Shown: piece after piece, positions 1 to 11,900 of the stretch
How positions within the stretch are numbered: position 1 is the stretch's first letter
How the letters are laid out: every line of letters starts with the position of its first letter
DNA from: the human T2T-CHM13v2.0 reference genome, Homo sapiens
Length of the DNA stretch: 64,000 bases
Assembly (NCBI RefSeq): GCF_009914755.1
Contig: NC_060925.1
Direction: 5' to 3' (one strand)
Notes under the pieces: generated by a model
Databases searched by the model: none
What the model was told of the DNA's origin: nothing
What the model saw: the letters and a program-made list of their open reading frames with translations, nothing else
Made by a program: the position numbers and the translations under genes

Positions 1-592
<592 letters not shown>

Positions 593-1054
593 CATGAATA
601 TTTTATTCACATAAATCTGGATCTGAATCTCTACACTATCTCTTTAAGAAAATTTTATTTTTGCTGTTTCTTTACTCATGCTTAAAATGCAATACAGTGT
701 TTGTATGAGGATTAAGTTGGTTCTTATGAAAAACCTATCCTAGACCAACATTTTTCCTTTAAACTTATTTGATATGTCACTGCCGTGTTGAGAAACTATC
801 AATATTTCCTTATTGTCAACAGAACAAACCAGGATTTAAGCTTGTTCTTAACTTATTTGACAGACTGTGCTCTCTCAAATCTTTTTTCTGATCAATCACA
901 TTATGTCCAAGTTAGGAAGTGCACCATAACTTTATATTATTGTTATGCTCTAAATAATGTATTTGCCTTCCCATGTGTGTACTTTTCCTTGTTCTCCCTT
1001 CTCTAATTTATATTCATATTTCTCATGTCATTGAGTCTCAACAGCTTTTACATC

Positions 1055-1163
1055 TCACAACTGCAGAGACTATGTCTTTTTGACAGTTAGGTATTTTCCT
1101 AGAACCTTGAATAGAGTGTGGCATATGTTACATATTCAATTAAATGTTTGTTGAATAAATGAA
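1055..1163 (+). mobile_element. L2 3' end fragment
   Basis: AGAGTGTGGCATAT...TCAATTAAATGTTTGTTGAATAAATGAA matches the L2 3' terminus. Confidence 0.6.
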
Positions 1164-1453
1164 AGCATATACTCCACTGGTATCTGTTGTTTGTTTCCTG
1201 TTCTACTTTAAAGATTTAATTTCCTCTGATATTGAATGTCATCTTTTTGTACCTTTAACTCTCATTTAGTATAACAAATTTAAATTTTCTTTAAAATAAC
1301 ATTAGTTTTTTAAAAGTAACATAGATTAAATATAGTATCTTCCAGTTATATGTGTTCATGCTCTATCTCCCCCAACTAGTTGAAAGTTGAGAACAAGAAA
1401 AATTTATGCCAAAAACTTGAAATTTGAAAATCCCCAATAAAAGTTGTGTGATA

Positions 1454-1503
1454 AAAATTTTCATCTTCCACTTAAGAGAAAATTTTCACATTCTACTTAA
1501 GAG
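1454..1503. repeat. 25-bp tandem duplication
   Basis: AAAATTTTCATCTTCCACTTAAGAG followed by AAAATTTTCACATTCTACTTAAGAG (3 mismatches). Confidence 0.8.
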
Positions 1504-1624
1504 AATATAATAATAAGATTAAGAAAGTGGTTTACAGATCACAATACTATAGATAAACAATTGGTTATAAAATATTTTAAAATATTATTGATATGTTGGC
1601 AAAAAACTAAAAGAGAAAGGAAAA

Positions 1625-1649
1625 AGAGAGAGAGAGAGAGAGAGAGAGA
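1625..1649. repeat. (AG)n microsatellite
   Basis: Direct reading. Confidence 0.95.
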
Positions 1650-2689
1650 TTACCATTAAAGAAAAAAAAGTAACTTTTCCTTGAGGAAAAAGAAGATATG
1701 GGGAAAAAAATCCTTGTAAGAAACCAACCAAACAAGCTTTCTATTGAGAATTTATAAGGTATAAGAACAGATTGTTTTAGCATTTTTTCCACGTTTGTGG
1801 GCCCTTTTCTTTAAAAAAAGATGAAAAATGGTACTGATATTCAGGTAGAATTACAAAATACAATGGAAAATAGATTTCCAGTAGTTATTTAATAAATGAC
1901 ATACTTCAATTTCCCTCTCTTTACACTCATTGTACATTCTGGCTTCCTGCCCCATATAAAGTTAATGGATGAGAGGTATTTTTAAAATTAGCTAACCACA
2001 GGAATAACTTTTTAAAAACCCTTTATTCAACAGCCTATTCAAATAGTAGTAGCTGATCTGGAATATGTGCAGTCCAGGGTTTACACTCAATTTATTTCTG
2101 CTTGATTTGGCTTTGAAAATAACCGCCCGCTGTGCATACCCTGCCAAACCTAATGCGGATATGCCTATTCCAGGAATCCTTCAGATTGGTGTCCTTTGTG
2201 TCCCCAGGGGCCTCTCATTGTTTTGCTAAAAGCACATTACCAGTAAGTTAACTTTGATTGAGATTGTCACAGTGTATATGATCCTTCAATGATTTTGAAA
2301 TTATGAAAAGCATTTTTATATAATTGTGAGCATTATGCTTGACCCCATGATTATAGAAAATTTTAGATGTATATTTAAACCATTACAGGTTTCACATTAG
2401 TTCAACCATTTTTCATCTATCAAGCCCACAGCAGGATTTCAAGAACAAATCTTAGATAAACTCACGTTGAATTTGTTTCATTATTTGCCTTTTAGCATGT
2501 TTATGTAGCTGAAATATGCCACAAAAGGCCATGGTCAAATAATTTAACCTACTTTGAAATGAATTAAGTTTATAAAGTTAGCAACCTTATAAAATGAGAA
2601 GTGAGTACAATTTACACCAGGACCTATACCATCTGGTTTGACACACACACTGTGTCATTCTGACCTGGGAAACACTGGTGCAAAGCAGC

Positions 2690-2850
2690 TTGTGGAATAA
2701 GAGTCCCTAGGATGGTATAGCAGCTCTTCAACTTACTAGCTGTGTAATCCTAATCAAATTGGGTTGATGTGGTGATTAAATTAAATTACATTATCCATTG
2801 AAAGTGCTTGCACATAGCAAACACTTACTTAAAGTTTGTTATTAGTTATA
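2690..2850 (+). mobile_element. MIR fragment, internally deleted
   Basis: ACTTACTAGCTGTGTAATCCT...GTGATTAAATTAAATTA...AAAGTGCTTGCACATAGCAAACACT. Confidence 0.55.
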
Positions 2851-4990
2851 TTAATTTTAGCATTCTACCAGCTGTATGCAGCCTCGTATCAAGGGAAATT
2901 CAAGTGGATTGAAAATGCCATGCAATAAACCAAATATGTAGTCCTTCCATTAGCATTAACTCCTTTAGAGACTCTGAGAAAGCAACTGGAGTTTTCTGGG
3001 CTGCTTCTGTAAATTGTTAGATATATATAAGCAAGCCATAGTCATTTGGGTTCAGCCCAAATTTGTACTTCATATTTCTCACTTTCTTCAAATGACCATT
3101 AACTTTTAATGGTGTGGTATCTCATTTTTTTTTCCCCTTATAATCACAGACACGAGACTTGCATTGCTTTTCACAATAGGAAAGTAGTGTAATTTTCATA
3201 AATATTTTTCATTTCTCTTTTGACCATTTCATTGTTTTTGTGATGGAATAGTAGGAAAAACTAATTTTATTGGTAAGCTATTAAAAATCCAATTAACCTT
3301 TTATTTTCAGATATTTGAGATTATTCAGGAAAGATAGTGTACACTCATCTTAAACTCTTGGATTTGCTTATCATCAGGAATAATGAGTCTGTGCTTTCAG
3401 TTTTTATGAATGAAGACTCTAACATTTAGAATACAAGTGTTGAATGGTAGTATTCAGGTACCACACCCAAACTTCAGTCTCTATTACCGTTTCCACTGTA
3501 CAAAAAACTTCTGTATTTTGTGTTTTCTATGGTGATTTCTTTCATTTGTTTCCTTCAAAACACTAATGTTCTCATTAGAATCATGTTCTAACAATAACAA
3601 ATATAATTATATAATTCTCTAATTAACTTTGTATTGCACATGGTCAAGATAAAGAGGAAGAGGAGGAGACGAAAAGAAGAAGGAGGAGAAACAAAAACTC
3701 TAGGTAAATAATGATTCCTGGTACCATTTTCTTCTAGATCTACATCACGCTTTTAACATTTTAACTTTTTGTGAAAAGTTTGCTAGGCAAAATGCTGATT
3801 CTCTCTGTTAGTGAGCATCAACATTATTAAATACATAACCAAAGCTTTAAAAGAGTTCAAACTGCTAATATGTTACTACCAGTAAGTAAAATTAATATAC
3901 AGGATCAACAGAAAAGTAAAAGTATAAGAAGTACTATATCTATGAAACTGTATGTGGCAAGTCTGCCTTTTCTGTCTCAGTGCATAGGCAGGAGTGAAGA
4001 GCATCCAAAGCTCATGATGATCCCAGGAATATTTTTTTCATCTCTTAGACACCATCAGCAGGAGTGAGAATGAGATTACTGAACTCTGTGTGTCCCTTGC
4101 TACATGGCTTCTCCTGAGGAGAGGGGAAAAGAGCACTCACTATGTGTATCACTCTACTTGCAAATAGGCAAACACTCTCAGCCACAAATACCCCAGTCTG
4201 CCTAAGAAACAATCAAGACAGATCCCATCATCACTTCCATCCTTGTTCTATCAACTACCACAAGAAATACAAAACTGCCAAGATATTACTCATTGCCCAT
4301 CACTCCCCTTCCTAAGTAGCTCTGCACATTCCTAATCTGCTACATGCGTCCTGTTTCAAGTTCAATTATACTCAATGCCAATATGATTAAAATGTACTAT
4401 ATCTTAACCTTTTTTCTCACTGTTCCTTTCAACTGCTGCCACTAACTGAAATCCAAATCTCTCTTGAGAATATTGCTTTTGGTGAAGACCTCCCAAGTGG
4501 CTGTATTTTGTTTTGTTTTCCGCGTCCCCACCACTCTTACATGGGAATGAGCTTGCAATCAGGCAGCTACATTCCTTAACCCTTATTGCCAATCCCAGAC
4601 CATTGTCTTAGCCACATCAGTCCTTCAAAACACTCAGTATATCATTAGACCATGCCAATTGTCTTCAGTGAGTTAGACAATAAAGGTTGTAATATGTACA
4701 ACATTGTAAATATGATCAACTGTCTAACTATATATTTTTTAAATAGTATTTTCTTCTTCTGGTGGAAAACATGATTCCCAGTTCAGTTGTAACTAAATTA
4801 GTGCTACTAAAATTGGTTTTGGTAACTAATGCCAGCCCATAAATTGTTTATAATTTGTCTGCGATACAATAATTTTAAACATTGAGAAAATATTTTACAA
4901 ATGTTGTTATGACTCAATAGAGTAAATTCCTGTCCATTGAATCTAATATTTTTAAAAAACTTGTGTTTTTTACATACTTATTCTATTTTC

Positions 4991-5361
4991 TTTTTTTTTT
5001 ATTATACTTTAAGTTTTAGGGTACATGTGCACATTGTGCAGGTTAGTTACATATGTATACATGTGCCATGCTGGTGCGCTGCACCCACTAACGTGTCATC
5101 TAGCATTAGGTATATCTCCCAATGCTATCCCTCCCCCCTCCCCCGACCCCACCACAGTCCCCAGAGTGTGATATTCCCCTTCCTGTGTCCATGTGATCTC
5201 ATTGTTCAATTCCCACCTATGAGTGAGAATATGCGGTGTTTGGTTTTTTGTTCTTGCGATAGTTTACTGAGAATGATGGTTTCCAATTTCATCCATGTCC
5301 CTACAAAGGACATGAACTCATCATTTTTTATGGCTGCATAGTATTCCATGGTGTATATGTG
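4991..5361 (-). mobile_element. L1HS 3' end, 5'-truncated (371 bp), ACG/A type
   Basis: Poly(T) followed by near-perfect L1HS 3'UTR antisense. Sense reads GATGAC-ACG-TTAGTGGG, GTGGGGTCGGGGG, GGGGAATATCACAC, AAAACTTAAAGTAT. Confidence 0.92.
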
Positions 5362-6389
5362 TTCATTTATTGTAGTTTAGAAAGGTATCAGTATGTAACA
5401 GTTTGGGAAAATATTAATCACAACAAAAATAAGAAGCATATAATAGTAGGGACCTTCAACCACGGTAGAACAAAGGAATAAGTTAGATTCCAATGCGCAA
5501 CTTTATCCACTTAAGTGCTGAACTGCCCAAAGCACAAATACCCAGAGGTACTAGCTTTAAACAAAACATATAATATTTATTTCTAAGAAACAACTATACT
5601 CAGGGGAATTAACCTAAGCGGTGTACCTTGACCTAACAAAAGTTCACTGTGCTTAAACTGAAACAAAATAGACATGTTATACTCCTTGGTGATAATCTAC
5701 CAAACAGGTGACAGTACAGAGAAGGGAAGGCTGCTCTCAGCCCAGCACCACCACAAAATGTTGGCCTGGAAATACAGAAAATAATTACTCACATTGGAAA
5801 TAAAATAAACATTAACTGTCTTACAGAATCAGATAAAATCCTAATTTAAAATAAAGGAAAATAACCGTGTTTCCTTTAAAAACCTTACTTAAAGCATTAT
5901 TTACCTGTTATATAAATATTCGTGTTATATTTAAATAATCTATTTTCAAAAGAAATTTATTCGAGTAATACAAACTAAATACATGAAACAAAGCATAGTA
6001 TACAAATTGAACATAAAACTTTAAAATTTAGGCATATAGTGCAATACTTTACATGTTTATCTATAATTTATCATAAGCTAGAAAGTAACAAACATAATTT
6101 TTTTCTTAAATAAAATTTATTTGGTTTTCAAATCCACCTTATTTAATAACCCCATTTTTTACTATTCCAGTGAAGTATAAGATTTGAGAACTGATTTCCA
6201 GAGAGCTAATTTCTTACAGAAAATTAAAGCATTTACCTTTCCAGTTTATTATTTCAGGAATGTGAAGTCACTACATGACCATACTATTGTGTATAAGAGT
6301 CCATCTTTCTGGAGCTAAGATGCTGAATTACTAATTATGATAAGGATGTCTGGGGCTTTCTAGATTAAGTTACTTGCATAGAGATCATT

Positions 6390-7621
<1,232 letters not shown>

Positions 7622-7622
<1 letters not shown>

Positions 7623-7716
7623 GCATGGCACATGTATACATATGTAACTAACCTGCACATTGTGCACCTGACCCTAAAACTTAAAGTATAATAATAATAA
7701 AAAATAATAATAATAA
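7622..7716 (+). mobile_element. Sense 3' terminus (~70 nt) plus A-rich tail of the same L1PA
   Basis: AGCATGGCACATGTATACATATGTAACTAACCTGCACATTGTGCAC...TAAAACTTAAAGTATAATAATAATAAAAA. Confidence 0.95.
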
Positions 7717-7833
7717 TTACTTATTATGACTGTACTAAAATTCAAGTCTTCTAATATGTGCTATTCAGACCCATGATTCTATTAAACTCTCTATTAATAA
7801 AACATATATGTAGTTTGATACAGAAAAAAAAAA
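7717..7833 (+). other. L1 3'-transduced sequence with its own AATAAA (7796-7801) and a second poly(A) (7824-7833)
   Basis: Non-L1 sequence lies between the L1 tail and the 3' TSD copy AAGAATTTATGTGCTGGT (7832-7849), which matches AAGAATTTGTGTGCTGGT (6522-6539). Confidence 0.85.
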
Positions 7834-7849
7834 GAATTTATGTGCTGGT

Positions 7850-8090
7850 ACATTTCCAAAGACTGACCAAGGGAAATATCTTTGAGAGATAACTTTGAGT
7901 AGAAATCTGAAAAGAGTGGGATAGACAACCATGTGCATATGTAGAGAAAGAATATTTTTTTAAAAAGGTGAGTACAGGTGCCCAGAGGTGGAAATGTCCA
8001 AGGCGTTTTGTAGAAGCAGCATGGAGGCCAGTGTCTCTGCAATGGAGAGGACGGGAAATAAATAATAGGAAATAAGGTCAAAGAGGGAGT
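7850..8090 (-). mobile_element. L2 (right piece)
   Basis: AACTTTGAGTAGAAATCTGAA...CCATGTGCATATGTAGAGAAAGA...GGAGGCCAGTGT...AAATAAGGTCAAAGAG. Confidence 0.65.
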
Positions 8091-8097
8091 AGCAGGT

Positions 8098-8171
8098 CTT
8101 TCTTCCTTCCTTCCTTCCTTCTTTCCTTTCTTTCTTTCTTTCTTTCTTTTTTTCTTTCTTTCTTTCTTTTT
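8098..8171. repeat. (TTCC)n/(TTTC)n simple repeat
   Basis: Direct reading. Confidence 0.95.
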
Positions 8172-9029
8172 CAGCTTAGTTTGGAATGAAATAACTTCAA
8201 TTTCTGCTTTCAGTTAATCTGCAGATGTATTTGGTAAGAAAGTAGATAAAGGTAAAGCAGAGTTCTAACTTTAGAAACGAGCTGTTGAAACACACCAGCA
8301 GACTTGCCACTATCTTAGGGGAAAGGCCACATTAATGTGTTGGTGCACTGGGCTAGTAGTTCTAACAGATTTAAACTCAATAAATAGGAAAGAGAAACTT
8401 TACTTAAAAAATTAACACGATGGAAAAATGTATTTTTTATTGATTGTACAGAACACCCACATAAACATATAGCTTAGCTTGTAAGAGAATGATAAAAACA
8501 AATTAAAATATTTGAAGTAAATGACTAAAACCAAATGAAAAATAGAGTGAAGCTAAAATTTAATTTATATTTGCAGTAAGCAAAAGGTAAGAAACAACTT
8601 AAAAACTAAGAAAATAGGATAAAAAAGGAGACTACATGCCAAATTTTTTAAAAAGAGATGATAAAATCTACTAAAAACAAAAGTTTAAAATACAATAAAA
8701 CATAAATTGAGCTAAGATATACATTAAATGATCAATAATGTCCCAACTTGCTCTGCCCTTATGCGCAGAAACAATCTGGTATCGACTTAAGATGACAGAA
8801 ATGTAAAATTTCTTTACATTGACTTCCATGGGCTGCAATTTGTTGTTGTTTTGTTTGGGCCCAATAATTTTTCAAAATTTTAATTGTATATTTTCGAAGG
8901 GTGCAATAATTTCAGTATTCAAACTGTATCAATAGTAGTATATGTAACAATGAAAATTTTAATTGTTCTTTTTGTTTCTTTTACACTAGATGAAAGCAAA
9001 TGAGCAAAAAGACCTTTAACAGCTTTTTT

Positions 9030-9295
9030 TTCCCAAGTCTCCATTGACTATTCAGGGTCTTCACTGGTTCTACACAGATTTTTGAATTTATTTATCTATG
9101 TCTGTGAAAATTAACACTGGAATTTTGTAGATTGCTTGACTAGTATAGGCATTTTAGTAATATTAATTCTTCCAGTCCATGAACACAGTGTATCTTTCCA
9201 TTTATTTTTATCAACTTCAATTCTTTTCATCAATATTTTATAGTTTTCAGTACATAGGCCATTCACCTCACTGGTTAAGTTTATTCCTAAGTTTT

Positions 9296-9337
<42 letters not shown>

Positions 9338-9537
9338 GTAGCTATGGTATGAGGTTTTTTTCTTGATTTTTTGGGGGCAGTTTGTTTTTGGTGTAAAAAA
9401 TGCTACTTATTTTCTTATTTCTGTGTATTGATTTTATATCCTAACGCTTTACTGAATTCACTTACTCTAACAGTTAATTGTTAGGGTCTAAGGTTTTCTA
9501 TATGAAAAATCTTGTCACCTGTCATCAGAAACAATGT
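9030..9537 (-). mobile_element. L1MA-like ORF2, inverted segment; contains (GTT)n at about 9298-9336
   Basis: Antisense ORF2: GACTATTCAGGGTCTT, TATTAATTCTTCCAGTCCATGAACAC, TTAAGTTTATTCCTAAG, TTGATTTTATATCCT. Confidence 0.8.
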
Positions 9538-9540
9538 CGC

Positions 9541-10067
9541 ATCTTTGCATAAAGAAACAAAACTGAAGGCATAATTCCACCTGATCTTAAATCTACTATA
9601 ATTTGATAATAATCAAGAGCCTGGTGCTGCACAAAAACAGACATAGGTAAATTAAACAAAATAGAAAGCCCGAGAATATGCCAACAAATTTATCGTTAAT
9701 CGATACTCGACAAAGGTGACATGACAAGAACGCACAATGGGAAAAAGATAGTTTTTTCAATAAATGGTTTTGGTGAAATTGGATATCTACGTGCAAAAGA
9801 ATGAAAGTGGACCCTTATTTCACACCATATGCAAAAATCAACTCAAAATGGATTCAAGACTTAAACATAAGACCTGAATTCTAAAACTATTAGAAAAAAA
9901 AAAAAAGAGAAAACAGAGAAAAAGCTTGACATTGGTCTTTACCAAGATTTCTCTGGATATAACCCAAAAGTACAGGCAACAAAATCAAAACATACAAGTA
10001 GTATTACATCAAACTAAGATGCTTCTGCACAGCAAAAGAAACAATCAATAGAATGAAAAGGCAACCT
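9541..10067 (+). mobile_element. L1MA-like ORF2, sense segment, 3'-truncated
   Basis: AAACAAAACTGAAGGCAT, TTCAATAAATGGT, AAAATCAACTCAAAATGGATT, GCTTCTGCACAGCAAAAGAAAC, AAAAGGCAACCT. Confidence 0.85.
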
Positions 10068-11265
10068 TTCATTGGCTAAAGAAGTGCGGCAGTGGGCTCA
10101 TGCTTAAACTCAGGGAATTCACTGGTCTTACCATGTTCTCCATCATCCTGAAGCAGCTGGATTGATAGAATGGTGGGAGGCTTTTTGAAGTCACAATTAC
10201 AATGCCAACTAGGTGAAAATGCTTTGCAGCGCTGAGGCAAAGTTCTCCAGAAGGCCGTGTATGCTCTGAATCAGCATCCAATATATGGTACTGTTTCTCC
10301 TGTAGCCAGGATTCATGGGTCCAGGAATCAAGGGGTGGAAGTGGAAGTGGCACAACTCACCATCACTCCTAATGATCCACCACCAAAATTTTTGCTTCCT
10401 GATCCTGCGGCATTCCATTCTGCTGGCCTAGAGGCCTTAGTTCCGGAGAAAGGAATGCTGCCACCAGGAGACACAACTACAATTCCACTAAACTGAAAGT
10501 TAAGATTGACACCTGGACACTTTTGGATCCTCCTACATTTAAGTCAACGGGCTAAGCAGGGATTTACAGTGTTGGCTGGGGTGATTGGCCCAGACTATCG
10601 AGATGAAATCAATCTACTGCTCCACAATGGAAGTAAGGAATGGTATGCACGGAATACATGAGATCCATTAGGGCACCTCTTATTATTACCATGCCCTGTG
10701 ATTAAGGTCAATGGGAAACTACAACCACCCAATCCAGGCAGGACTACAAATGACCTAGACCCTTCAGAAATGAAGGTTTGGATCGCTGCACCAGGAAAAA
10801 CAAAGCAAAACAAAAACATGACCTGCTGAGGTACTTGCTGAAGGCAAAGAGAACACAGAAGGTGTAGTAGAAAGAAGAAGGTAGTCATCAATACCAGTTT
10901 TTACCACGTGGTCACCTGCAGAAATGAGGACTGTAATTGTCATAAGTATTTCCTCCTTCTTTTGTTAAAAACACGTTTGTGCATGTATACACTTGTACTA
11001 AGAAAATATCTTCATTTTATTTCCTTTCTCCTTTATCGTGGGACATAAGATTTTTTGACTTCCTATCTGCATTTAAGTACTGATAACTTTATGCAATAGC
11101 ATTTGAGATGGGGATTGGAGTCACAATTTTTTGTGTATCCTTTTCTGGTTGTGTGAAGGATAGTTGTATTATGTTAGGTATAATTAGGACCATAATCTTG
11201 TATTTATTTGAAGATTATGTATAATCTCAGGAGATGTGTATGGGTCAACTTATAATGGGTGAATT
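10068..11265 (+). mobile_element. HERV-L internal region (3' integrase, dUTPase, 3' leader), 5'-truncated
   Basis: GGAATTCACTGGTCTTACCATGTT, GAAGCAGCTGGATTGATAGAA, GGGTCCAGGAATCAAGGGGTGGAA; runs directly into an MLT2A LTR. Confidence 0.9.
10425..10695 (+). pseudogene. HERV-L dUTPase remnant
   Basis: Translates as GLEALVPEKGMLPPGDTTTIPLN*KLRLTPGHFWILL...AGVIGPDYRDEINLLLHN...NT*DPLGHLLLLP; a degenerate motif 3 and two stops. Confidence 0.85.
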
Positions 11266-11788
11266 TACGATGGTTAATACTGAGTGTCAACTTGATTGGA
11301 TTGAAGCATGCAACGTATTGACCCTGGGTATATCTGTGAGGGTGTTGCCAAAGGAGATTAACATTTAATCAATAGGCTGGGAAAGGCAGACCCACCCTTA
11401 ATCTGGGTGGGCACCATCTAATCAGCTGCCAAGGAGGCTAGGATATAAAGGAGAAAGAAAAAAAAAATGTAAAAAGACTAGACTGGCCTAGTCTCCCAGC
11501 CTACATCTTTCTCCCATGCTTGATGCTTCCTGACCTCGAACAACAGACTCCAAGTTTTGGGACTTGGACTGGCTTTTCTTGCTCCTTAGCTTACAGGTGG
11601 CCTATTGTGGGAGCTTGTGTTCATGTGCACTAATACTTAATAAACTCTTCTATGTATACATACACACACACACATATATACACACACACATATACACTAT
11701 ATGTGTGTGTGTATATACACACACACACACACACACACACATATGTATCCTATTAGTTCTGTCTCTCTAGAGAACCCTGAGTAATACG
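11266..11788 (+). mobile_element. MLT2A (A1/A2) LTR, the 3' LTR of HERV-L; internal (CA)/(TA) repeat at about 11650-11748
   Basis: GATGGTTAATACTGAGTGTCAACTTGATTGGATTGA...CTCTAGAGAACCCTGAGTAATAC. Confidence 0.93.
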
Positions 11789-11799
11789 TCAGTAAACAG

Positions 11800-11900
11800 T
11801 GGTCTGACCTTGCCCAAGTCACAATTTCAAACTCTCATTTTTTTATATGTGAAATTGGGATACTACTATACCCCTAAATTTCTACCTCATAGAATTTTGA
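11800..11900 (+). mobile_element. MIR core fragment
   Basis: TGACCTTGCCCAAGTCAC...CTCATTTTTTTATATGTGAAATTGGGATA. Confidence 0.55.

Noticed and set aside
4937-5341. Near-identical ORFs at 4937-5341 and 44956-45270
   Set aside because: Antisense frame of two independent L1 3' ends
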